Below are positions 53,811 to 64,000 of a DNA stretch of 64,000 bases, piece after piece (position 1 is the stretch's first letter; each line of letters starts with the position of its first letter). The stretch is from positions 2,108,001 to 2,172,000 of the forward strand of contig CM026547.1 in NCBI GenBank assembly GCA_014905635.1, in the 5' to 3' direction. The DNA comes from Scenedesmus sp. PABB004. Its lineage: Eukaryota. The position numbers and the translations under genes were made by a program. The notes beneath the pieces were generated by a model that was not told the DNA's origin, ran no database searches, and saw only the letters and a program-made list of their open reading frames with translations.

Positions 53811-56088
53811 TCAGAAGGGCGCGAATGCCTTGTCTCGTATGACCATGAACTTGAGCCGCCCGTCGCCCGTGTTCCAAATGCGGCGCTTGCTCCGTGGGCC
53901 GAGGCCCTGCGGGTTGATGGTGCTCTCGATTGGCTGGTCCAGATGCGCTGGCAGTACGTAGTAGCCCAAGAGAACGTCGCCCGCGGCCTGCGCCCGGCTG
54001 AGCACGCGCCACAGGCTGATCGCCTCGCCGCGGGCGCAGTACTCGGAGGCGTCGACGATGCTCCAGTCCGAGCGCTGGCCGACGCCGGTGATGACCAGCA
54101 TGGCGAGCGGGTTGACCGCCACCTGGGCCAGCAGCTTGGCGGACATGGAGTTGATCTGCCGCGGCGGCGGCGGCGGCGGCGGCGCCCGGCGTCAGGGCGC
54201 GCGCGCCTCGCCGCGCCGCAGCGTGGCGTGCCCCGACCGCCCGGCCGGCTCACGTTGACGCTGATGCCGAGCGGCAGCCGCCGGCGGTCCTCGAAGCGGG
54301 TCAGGCCCTGCGTGGCGACCTTCTGGCAGATGATGTTGATCGGCGGCAGCCGCAGCTCCTCCAGCAGCTTGCGAATGTTGAGCTGCGCGGCCGCGGCGGC
54401 GGTCGCGGCGGTGGGGGTGCGGCGGTGGGCGCGCCGGCACGGCCCGCCCGCCCGCCCGCCCGCCCGCGGCGCACACCAGCAGCCGCGCGCCGCGGCCCCC
54501 GCGCCCCGTGCGCCGCGCACCTGGACCGTGACCATGAGCGCGTCCTGGCGCAGCACGCTGGGCTGGTCGATCGCATCAATGCCGTTGGTGTCATCGCCGT
54601 CGGGGTCGGACCAGCGCGAGTCGGCCAGCACCAGCGCCGCGCGGAAGCGGGCGAGCGGCAGCGCCGCGAGCTGCGAGCGCTGCAGCGGGTCCGCGAGCAC
54701 GTGCGACACCTGGGCGCGGGGGGCGGGCGCCGCCGCGGCGGCGGCGGCGCGAGTTCAGCACGCGCCGCGCGGCCGGGCCAGCAGCCGCCCTGGCGCCAGG
54801 CCGGGCCCTGCCTGCGCCGCGCCTTGATGTTGCTGTCCTGCCCGACGCGGCGCAGCGCGCGCATGAGGTCGTCGGCCGGGTGTGTGTTGACGCACACCAC
54901 CTCGCTGCCCGGCGGGAGGAAGCCACCCTCCAGCGCCGACATAAGCTCACGCATCAGCCCCGGCTCCGCCATGCCGCACACCAGCACGGCCTGCGGCGAG
55001 CTGCGGCGCGGCACGCGGCGGCAGGCCAGAGGGCAGGCCGCGCGGCGTCGGGCATCTCAGCCGGCATCCCTGTCTCGGGTTTTGGGGGACCCACCCGCTG
55101 GCCCCCGGAGCCCGCGCGGCCCTGCCGCAGCGCGGCGCAGTGTCACCTGTCCACCGCCAGGTACTCCCGCGGCACGTAGCTCCAGCTCGACTGATCGTCG
55201 CTGCCGACCCAGGCGTGGCGGCTCAGGTCGGGCGCGCCCGTCGGTGGGGCGCCGCCGGCCGCGAGCCGCCCCGCGCGCGGCGCCGGCTGGCCCGCCCCGC
55301 CCCCGGCGCCCGGCGGCACCGTCGGCAGGCCGTCCATGCTGCTCGCGCTGTCGCGCCCGACGGTGGGCACGGCGTCCCGGGGCAGGGCGTCCATGCTGTC
55401 CAGCGTGCTCTCCAGCACCGACCCGCTGCTCCACCCCGACGCGCCGCTGTAGCGCGCGCTCGCCAGGTCGTCAGCGCTGCCCGCTGCCGAGCCCGGCGCG
55501 TCCAGAGCGTCCAGAGCGTCGTCGCCCTCATAGTCGATGCCGCCGTAGCCGGCGCCGTAGTCGGCGTCCAGCGACGAGCCCGTCGCCATGGCCAGCCCTG
55601 CGCGCGCCTGCAGCCCCGGCTGGTCCCAGTCGCCGGGGTCGGGCGACGGCGCGTCGTCGTCGCCCCCGGGCATCAGGTCCTCGTCAGACTCCAGCGCCGT
55701 GCGCATCGTCGCGCCGCGCCGGCTTCCGGCGGCGGCGGCGGCGCCCAGGCCGCCCGCCAGCTCCTCCTCGCAGCTGCTCAGCACGGCAGACGCAAACGTT
55801 GCCGCGGGAGCGCGAGCGCGGCGGCCGTTGCTGGCAGCGATGCTGGCGCTGGCCAGCGGCCCTGCAGCTGCAGGGCCTGCCATCCCAGGCTGCACGCCGC
55901 CGCTGCCACCTCCGCCAGCGGCGCGCGGCAGCTGCGTCTGCTCCTGGTCGATGGAAGACTGCGCCAGGGAGCTGCCCGGGCTCCTGTCGTCCACCATCGC
56001 CGCCGAGAAGGGCACGCCCAGGCTGTCCCCCGAGCTGTCGCTGCTGCTGCCGGTCCTGCTGGTCGCCGCTGGCCGCGCCACCACCTGT

Positions 56089-56139
<51 letters not shown>

Positions 56140-58895
56140 GCCGCCGGCGCCGGCGCCGGCGGCGGCAGGTCCAGCTGCTGCGTCTGCCGCTGCGCCTGGC
56201 GGCTGGCTGCTGCTGCGCTGCGCGCCGGCGGTGGCTCCTCGCCCAGCTCTGTCTCTGCGCCGACGTACGACGGGCGCTGCTGGGCCATGACGCCGGCAGG
56301 CTCCGCCGTCGCCGCTGCCTGGCCGCCCGGCGCGGCCGCTGCCGAGCCCTGCTGCTCCTGCCAGGCGCTGCCGGCCAGGAGGTCCACCAGCTTCCCCTGC
56401 CAGCCCCGCGCCTGCGCCGCCGCCTCGCGCTGCTGCTGCTGCAGCAGTGCCTGCCCCTGCTGCTCGAGCTCGCCGATGCTGAGCAGCCGCGGCAGCGGCC
56501 GGAAGTCGGCCGCCGCGATCGACGTGGGGCGGCAGAAGACCAGCTCGTCGTCGGGGCGCACGCAGTAGTCGGCGGGCAGGCTCAGGCTCACGCGCCCGCT
56601 GCCCAGGTGCGCCACGCCGAGCACGATGGCGTCGGGGAAGAGGCGCGCGAGGCTGCGGAACGGCGTGCCCGTGAGCTCGGGCATCGCCTGGATGTGGAGC
56701 CCACTGCGAGAGTCGAACGCAAACAGGCGCTGGCTGATCCAGGAGACAAAGGGGCGCTTGATCATGCGCGCGAGCCTGGAGGGCGGGGAGCAGGGAAGAG
56801 GGGGGACGGCACGCGCGGCGTGGGGTCGCCGCCGGCTGGCCGCGCGCGGCGGAGGGCCGGCTGGCCCCGTCGCCTCCGCCGCCGGCGGCCGCGCGCACGC
56901 ACCGGTGCGCGTTGAGCGCGCCCGTCGGCAGCGGTATCACGCGGCGGCTGCAGCTGAAGCGCAGGAGCGGCACCGCGTTGGCGGTGCGCGTCTCGACCAC
57001 GATGTGCCCGAGCTGCCGCCCCCGGCGCAGGCCGCGGTAGTCGTCCAGCTCGTCCAGCAGGATGGCGCACCTGCGCGCGGGCGAGAGCGTGTGCGCGCGT
57101 GTTTGTGTGGGGCTTGGCGTGTGTGGTGTGTTGTGTGTGTGTGTGTGTGCGCCTGAGGGTGCGGCACCGGCGGCGCGCGCGCCGCCGCCCGCCCGCCCGC
57201 CCGGGGGGTCCAGGCAGCGCGGCGCGGCCGCACCGGAGGCTCTGCGCGTCCGCCTCGTCGCGGCCGCGGCTCTGGTCGCTGAGGATGATGACGCTGCGCG
57301 CGCGGCTGGCCGCCACGTTGCTCAGGTCGCTGGGCAGCAGCGGGCTGCCCTGCCGGAACACCAGCCGGCAGCCCGCACGCGTCGCGGGGGGCAGCGCGTT
57401 CCTGCGGGCGCGCGCGCGGGCCGGCGGCGCGCTCGGCGGCGGGCGGCCGCCGCCGCGGCGCCGCGCCTGCCTGGCTGGCGCGCCCGCTGGCCTGGCCGCC
57501 GCCGTGGCGCAGGGCCGCCGGGGGCGAGGCGCCCCACTGCATTCCTCTCCCATCTCTCACCTCCTCCCTCCTCGCCCTCAACCCTAAACCCTCTCCGCCC
57601 ACCTGAAGATCTCCTCCATCTCCAGCTTTTCCCGCTGACTCAGCACCACGATCGTCGCGCCGCCCTCCGCCGCGGCGGCGGCGCAGAGCTGGCCCACGAG
57701 CTTGATCAGCACCTCCAGGTCGCGCTGGCTCACCGCCCAGGACAGCACCAGGAACTGCGGCGGCGGAGAGCGGCGCGCGGGCGCGTCAGCTGCGCGCGCG
57801 CGCACGCGCGGCCGGCGGCGGCGCGGTGGCGCGGCCGGGGCGGGCTCACGTGGCCGGACTCGAAGACCTGGCTGCCCTTCTTGACGTTTGCCAGGTTGGC
57901 CTCCAGCACCAGCTGCTCCACAATGGCCAGCGCGAGCGCAAAGCCCGCGAGGCCCACGAGCGCGACGAGCACGCTGAACACCTGCCGGCGCGGCGAGGAG
58001 CGGCGCGGCGCAGACCCTCGGCGGCCGCCGGCGGGGGCGCCGCGCCGCGCCGCGCCGCGCCGCGCCGCGCCTGCTCCACGGGCGTCGCGGGGCCGTCTGT
58101 GCCTGGGAAGCTCTCGCCGAAGCTGAGGACCATGACCTGGTACACGTCACCCCACAGCGCGGCCAGCCAGCTGCCAGCGCCACCCGACGCCGCGGCGGGG
58201 GCGCCAGCCGCCGCCGCGCCGGGCGCGCCCGCCGCCGATGCCGCCGCGGCCGCCGACGCGGCCGCGGCGGCGGCCGCCGCGTCGGCGGCGGGGTCGATTG
58301 CGATCCGTTTGAGCAGCGCCGCGGCGAGCAGGAGGAGGGAGGAGGCGCCGGAGATGAGCAGGAGGTCTGACACGCCGTCGGTGCGCCAGTTGTAGTACTC
58401 GTACAGTGCGCGCTTGGGCAGCTCGCGCAGCGCGCGCAGCCAGCGCCGCCGGCTGCGCGGGCGCGGCCGCGCCGGCGGCGCGGGCGCGCCGGCGGCGGCG
58501 CGCGCCGCCTGGCCCCGGAAGCGCGCGACGTCCGCGGCCGCCCCGTTCACCAGGTCCCAGTCCGGCCCGCCCCCGACGTGCGGCCTGGCCGTGGAGGCGC
58601 TCCAGCTGCTGTCCGGCAGGGGCCCGGTGAAGCTGTAGGGCTGGTCGAGCGTGCGCCTGGAGGGTTGGTCGGCCGCGCGGTCGGCCGTGCGGTCGGCCGA
58701 CGGCGCGCTGGGCGGCTCGCCGCCGCCGCCCGAGGCGCCGCCGCCCGAGGCGCCGCTGGCGCAGCGCACGCGCCGGCAGGCTGGCCGGGCCGGCGGGGAC
58801 CTGGAGGGCACCTGGCAGGCGCCCCGCCGACGCGCCGGCGCCGGCGCCGGCAGCGGCGCCGGCGCTGCCGGCGCATGGTGCAGCGCGGAGCTCAT
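53811..58895 (-). CDS. CASTOR/POLLUX/DMI1-family cation channel-like protein with a plastid transit peptide and two RCK-like domains
   Basis: Transit-like ...RRVRCA. TM segments, then VKKGSQVFESGH|FLVLSW, VVLSQREKLEME, FRQGSPLLPSDLSNVAASRARSVIILSDQSRGRDEADAQSLR, GHIVVE, PELTGTPF...FPDAIVLG, VLVCG, RRIWN.GD...KFMVI. Confidence 0.88.
56091..56139 (-). repeat. Coding (CAG)16 polyglutamine tract within the channel gene
   Basis: (CTG)n on the + strand; Q16 in ORF 55143..56765. Confidence 0.9.
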
Positions 58896-59936
58896 GATCG
58901 CGGCCCCATGCGACCGACGGTCACGCGGGAGCTGGGCGCGGGGGCTGGGCGTCGTCGGCGGCTCGGGATGCTGCGCGAGCAGGCGCGATACTGAGCCGAA
59001 CCGAAAGCCCTAGCCGGCGTTTCCAGGGTGAGCAAAGCGCAGTTCTGGGGCCCTCGTGGGCGAGGACGAATCATGGCGGGAAAAGCAACAGGGCGCGCCG
59101 ACCTACGGAAGGAGTGCAGGTGGAGCCGACCCGCACGGGCGGCCGGCGGGCAGCAAACGGCCCGTGTTGCACAGGGTGGCGATGGGAGGAGGGGGGCGAC
59201 GGTGTGCCCAATCTTTCGGCTGCGCAGCCGTGCACAGCAGAGCAACGCGCGCGCGCGCGTAAACTCCCGCCAGCGCCGCAGCCAGCAAGGACGCCGCCTT
59301 GCGTTTGGCGGTTATCGACAAATGTTCAGTGTCAGGCGACGCGCCCGGTGGCGGCAGCCGGGCCGCGCGGCGCAGGCTGCGCACACGCGCACCATGGCTG
59401 CGGTGCAGGCTCCTGCGCCACAGCGGCGCCGCCGCACGCCGGTGCGCGCGCGGCACGTGCAGCAGCGCTCTGGCAACCGCCACACACACACACCAAGCCC
59501 TGCCGCTGCCAGCTTGTTTAAAGCTGGCGCGCATTAGGCAGCAGACAAATGCGCCTGGCACGACGACGACGGTCGCGTGTAACGGCACGCAAGAGGAACC
59601 AGAGGACAAGGCGCGGGCCGTGGCGCGGGACACCACGCGGCCCCCAAGCCAGCGACGCCGTCGAGCCCGTTCAATCCCTGGCGCCGCCATCGAGCGGCCA
59701 AAACCAAAGCGGCCGCGTTGAGGTCAAGCAAGTCAGATGTGCGCGCTGACGCGCAGGGCACACCTCGGCGCGGCGCGCGCGCCGAGGCCCCCGGGTTCGC
59801 GCGGCAGGCGCCGCCGCGCGGGCGCCCCCTCCGTGAGGGCGACGCGAGGGCGACGCGAGCCCCCAATCCCGCCCCCCGCCCCCCAGTCGAGTCGGGGCCC
59901 CCCTCCGCCGCGACGGCCCTCGTTTGCCCGCCGCGG

Positions 59937-60691
59937 TCACCGGCGCGCGCAGAGGGCGCGGAGCAGGCGCGCCAGCCAGCCGGGGCGGGCGGCGGCCTCC
60001 CCCTCCCCGGCGGCGCCCGAGCCGCCGCCCTTGCGGCCGGGCCCCCGCGCCGCGCCGCCGCCCCGCTCGAGCAGCACTGCGCCGTCGAAGCTGCCGCCGG
60101 GCGGCGGGAACATCTGGCGCAGCGGCTGCAGGCGCGCCTGCACCAGCGTCAGGTTGGCCTCCTCCGCGCCGTTGGTGCGCATCGCGCTGAGCAGGTAGCC
60201 CATCTGGCACGCGCGCGGCGCGGTGGGGCGGCGGGGCGGGGCGCGGCACGGCGGAGGTGGGCGCGCGCGCGGCGCGGCTGCGCAACCGCCCTCGCGGCGC
60301 GGCCACCGCCGCCGACCGGCCCCCGTGCCCCCCCGCCCCCGGGCGCACCATGATGTCGTAGTGGCGCTGCGTGACGGCGTGGGCCTTGATGACGGGCACG
60401 TGCACGCGGCGCAGGTACTCGATCTGGCGCTCCGTCATCGCGGCGTCAAAGAGCGTGAGCTGGTGCAGGAAGTAGCTCACGTGCGTGCGCAGCACCACCA
60501 TGTTGACGCCCCGGAACAGCGGGCCCAGGTCCGGGTCGGCGTAGATGTCCCTGCGGGCGCAGGGGCGCGCTCGCGCGGCGGCGGGCGAGGCGGGCGCGGC
60601 GGGCGCGCGCCGCGTGACGCAGCAGCCGCGCGCACCGGTAGTAGTCGTTGGTCGCCTCCTGGATCAGCGGCATGTCCAGGGCCGCGGCCAT
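59937..60691 (-). CDS. Divergent group I truncated (2/2) haemoglobin-like protein, 3 exons
   Basis: MAAALDMPLIQEATNDYY|RDIYADPDLGPLFRGVNMVVLRTHVSYFL...YLRRVHVPVIKAHAVTQRHYDIM|MGYLLSAM...LQPLRQMF. B10 Tyr, DPxL, CD1 Phe, proximal F8 His and HYD are recognisable. Confidence 0.8.
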
Positions 60692-61393
60692 GGCTGCGCG
60701 CGGCGGCCCGCGCGGCGGCGCGGCGCGGGCGACTCGCGCTGCTGCTCGCTGCGCCGGCGGCGCCGGCCGGCGGGCCCGCAACCCGCGCCTCCACAGAGCA
60801 GCCCCGGAGCGCGCCTCCCTCCCGGAACCCCGCGCCGCAGCGCGGACCCGCCCCAGGCACCGCGGCGGGCGCTGGCCCCCGCCTCTCCCGCGAGCCGCCC
60901 CCGCGTCGCGCCCACCTGCCGGCATGGTGCCCGCAATCACCGGAGAGGTCACAGACGCTCTAGGCAGGCGGGGGCACCATCGAGCGGGCGCCGCGCGCGC
61001 GTGAGCGCGCCGGGAGCGGCTCTTGCCGGGCGTGAGCTGGCGCGGAGGGGCGGGTCGGCGATCGATCGCGCTGCAGCCCGGGGATGTGTGAGCGGGCGGC
61101 AAGCGGCGCGCCCAGGAGCTCACACCGCCGCACGACGCCGGGGCGGCCGTCGTTTCGCCGTTCTGTGCGGCTCAGCGGCTCAGCGGCGGCCCGACCGCCG
61201 CGGGTGCGTCTGCGCACCGCGCAGGGCCGCATGCGCCTGCACTGCCGCCAAAAGCGCCCGCTCAACGCGCCCGCCGCCGCCGGACGCCGCCGCTCGCGCG
61301 GCGCGTGGCAGCAGCGCGCGCGCACACCCCCGCGCGCCGGGGCTTTTTTGGCCCTGCTGCGCTGCGCTGCGGCGCCCCGGAGCTGCGGGCGTG

Positions 61394-64000
61394 ATGGCGT
61401 GCCGGCGGGCGCTCGCCGCGGCGGCAGCGCTCGGGCAGCAGCAGGCGGCGGCGACCGCCGCGCTGCCCGCCGCTGCGGCGCCGGAGGCGGCGGCGCTGCT
61501 GGGCCGGCTGGTGGCGCACGAAGCGGAGCAGGGCGCCGCGCTGGGTGCCGCGACGACGCGGCGGCGCCCTCCATCGCTGCTGTGCTCGCCGCCGCCGCTC
61601 GCGCAGGCGGCGGCGCGGCCGTGGGCGCAGGAGAGCGGCGAGAGTGGAAGCAGCGGCAGCGGCAGCGGCAGCAGCGGCAGCGGCAGCGGCAGCGGCAGCG
61701 CGGCGCACGCGAGCCGGGCCGACGACGATCCTGGGGACGCGCCGCCCCCGGGCGACTCGCTCACGGCGGCGCTGGCGGCGCTTCGCAGCAGCTCGCGCGC
61801 CGGCAAGCTCACGCCGGCGGCCATCACGCAGCAGCTGGACAGGCACATCGTCGGCCAGGCGGTGCGCGGCGCGGCGCGGCGCGGCGCCTCTCCCTGCCCG
61901 CGCGGCGCACGGCGCGCGGCGCGCCAACACCGCCGCGGCCCCGCCCGCCCGCCAGGCCGCCAAGCGCGCCGTGGCGGTGGCGCTGCGCAACCGCTGGCGC
62001 CGGCACCGGCTGCCGCAGCACATCGCCGAGGAGGTGCGGCGCGGCGCGCGCTCCGCCGCCGCCGCCCGCGCCTGCCGCCGGGCGGGCGGCCCACCCCGCC
62101 CCGCCGCCCCCGCTCTCGACTCCCCGCCCCGGCCCGCCAGATCACGCCCAAAAACATCCTCATGGTGGGCGGCCCGCGCCGTCACCCGGGCTGGGGGGGG
62201 GGGGCGCGCCGCGCGCGCGCACGCCGCGCGCCCGCACCCGCGCTGCGCCCAGCTGCCCCCCCCCCCCCTGCCGCAGGTTGGGCCGACCGGGTGCGGCAAG
62301 ACCGAGATCGCGCGCCGCCTGGCCAAGCTCGTGGACGCGCCGTTCGTCAAGGTGCGCCGGCGCTGGTTGTGGCTGGCACGGCTGGCGCGCTGCGCGCCGC
62401 GGCCGAGGCCGGCCGCTGCTGGTCTCGGGGGCGCGCAGGTTGAGGCCACCAAGTTCACGGAGCTGGGCTTTGTGGGGCGCGACGTCGACGAGGTGGGGGA
62501 CGGGCGGCGTGCGGCCGCGGGAGGGGGCGCGCGCGGCGCGGCAGCTGTTGCCGGCGCGGCGCCGGGCGACGCGCGCCCCGCCCCTACACCCCGCACCGCG
62601 CTCCCCTTGCCGTCTCGCCCCGCTCAGATCGTGAAGGACTTGGCCGACGCGGCGCTCGCGCTCACGCGCGCGCGCCTGGCCGAGGGCCTGCGCGCCGCGG
62701 CGGGCGGCGTCGTGGAGGCGCTGCTGCTGCGCGAGCTCTGCGGCGACAGCCCGGGCATGGTCGAGGCGTTCACGCCCCTCTACCGTGCGGGCGAGCTCGA
62801 CGACCGCCTCGTGACGGTGGACCTGGACGCCCTCGGCGACGCGACGGCCGCGGGCCCGGGTGGCCTCGCGAGCCTGGGCGGCCCGGGCGGCCCGCTCGGC
62901 GGCGGCGGCGCGCCGCCCGGGGGCGCGCCGGGCGAGGGGCCCGGCGGCGCCGGCGCCGGCGGCGCGGGCGCGGCGGGGCACCCGCTGGGCGCGCTCGCGA
63001 GCGTGATGGAGGCGATGGCGCGCCGTGGCGGCGGCGACGGCGGGCACCGCGGCGGCGGGCACCGCGGCGCGCGGCGGCAGCGCATGCCCATCGCCGAGGC
63101 GCGGCGGCTGCTGCTCGACGCCGAGGTGGAGCGCTGCCTCGCGAGCGACCGCGTGGTGCGCGGCGCGGCGCGGCGCCGCGCGGGCAGCCCGCCAGCCAGC
63201 CGCCGCGGCACGGCGCGGCGCGCGAGCCCTGCCCTGTCCCACGCCGCGCCTGCCGTGCAGGTGCGCGAGGCGCTGCGGTGCGCGGGCGAGGACGGCATCG
63301 TGTTCATTGACGAGATTGTGAGCGGCACCGAGGGGCGCGAGCGGGGGCCGAGGGGCGGGCACGGCCAGGGAGGAGGGGGGCCCTGGCGAACGAGGGGACG
63401 CGGGCAGCCCGGCGCGGCGATGACGCCCCGCGGGGCGTGACCGCGCGCCCCGCCCGCGCCGCGCGCAGGACAAGATCGTCGACGCGAGCCGCGGCGCGGC
63501 GGGCGCGACGAGTGAGGCGGCGCGCGCCGGGCGACGCGCGTGCGCCCCGCGCGCGCCCTCGCCGACGCGCCTCGCCCTCCCCCGCGCGCGCGCGCGCGCG
63601 CAGGCAGCAACGTGAGCAGCGAGGGCGTGCAGCGCGACCTGCTGCCCATCCTGGAGGGCAGCGTCGTGACGACCAAGCACGGCCCCGTGTCGACCGACCA
63701 CGTGCTCTTCATCTGCAGCGGCGCCTTCCACTCGACCAAGCCAGGCGACATGCTCGCCGAGCTGCAGGCGCGCGCGCCAGGCGCCGCGCCGCGCCGCGCA
63801 GCGCGCCGGCCGCGCGCGCGGCGCCGGCGAGACGCGCGGCCGCCGCGCGGCTCACCCGCTGCCGTCGCATGCAGGGGCGGCTGCCGGTGCGCGTCGAGCT
63901 GGCGGGCCTGACGGCGGACGACTTTTTCCGCATCCTCACCGAGCCGGCGCACAACATGCTGCGCCAGGCGGCGGCGCTGCTCGACACGGAGGGCGTCGCG
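61394..64000 (+). CDS. hslU: HslU/ClpY ATPase subunit of the HslUV protease, mitochondrial-type presequence; runs off the window end
   Basis: [125 protein letters not shown]. Confidence 0.96.

Noticed and set aside
1..64000. Hundreds of long overlapping Arg/Ala/Pro/Gly ORFs in all six frames (e.g. 34588..37395 +, 4887..6974 +, 37620..40145 -)
   Set aside because: Stop codons are rare at this GC level. These are shadow or antisense frames and read-through introns with no motifs, not overlapping genes.

Overview
This is gene-dense, intron-rich eukaryotic nuclear DNA of extreme GC content (roughly 80% by eye). Short GTGCG/GTGAG...GCAG introns, TGTAA poly(A) signals and plastid/mitochondrial transit peptides point to a chlorophyte green alga (inference; probably Chlorophyceae). 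Most long ORFs in the six-frame track are GC artefacts. By manual splicing I reconstruct about 22 genes. In order: an orphan 3' end, GDP-mannose pyrophosphorylase, a small hyper-acidic NLS protein, a Cys-type GST, a lumenal TPR protein, serine racemase, EMC7, an mTERF-like plastid protein, ADF/cofilin with a SHOCT-like extension, an orphan, a full-size ABCA transporter, a small CxxC membrane protein, DUF1308/C7orf25, ZMAT2/Snu23, p23, a membrane-anchored orphan, a cytochrome P450, a bacterial-type RecD2 helicase, a giant secreted protein of 11 x (Cys-module + DUF11), a CASTOR/POLLUX-like channel, a divergent truncated haemoglobin and the 5' part of HslU. Four things stand out. (1) The ~2,300-aa DUF11/Cys-module surface protein, which lies tail-to-tail with an intron-containing RecD2 across a palindromic minisatellite. 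(2) A high share (about 1 in 11) of GC-AG introns. (3) Introns bracketed by poly-G and poly-C tracts. (4) A candidate bicistronic ZMAT2-DUF1308 locus. Several exons show frame switches in GC repeats that are probably assembly indels. Exon boundaries were read by eye and may be a few bases off. No database search was run.
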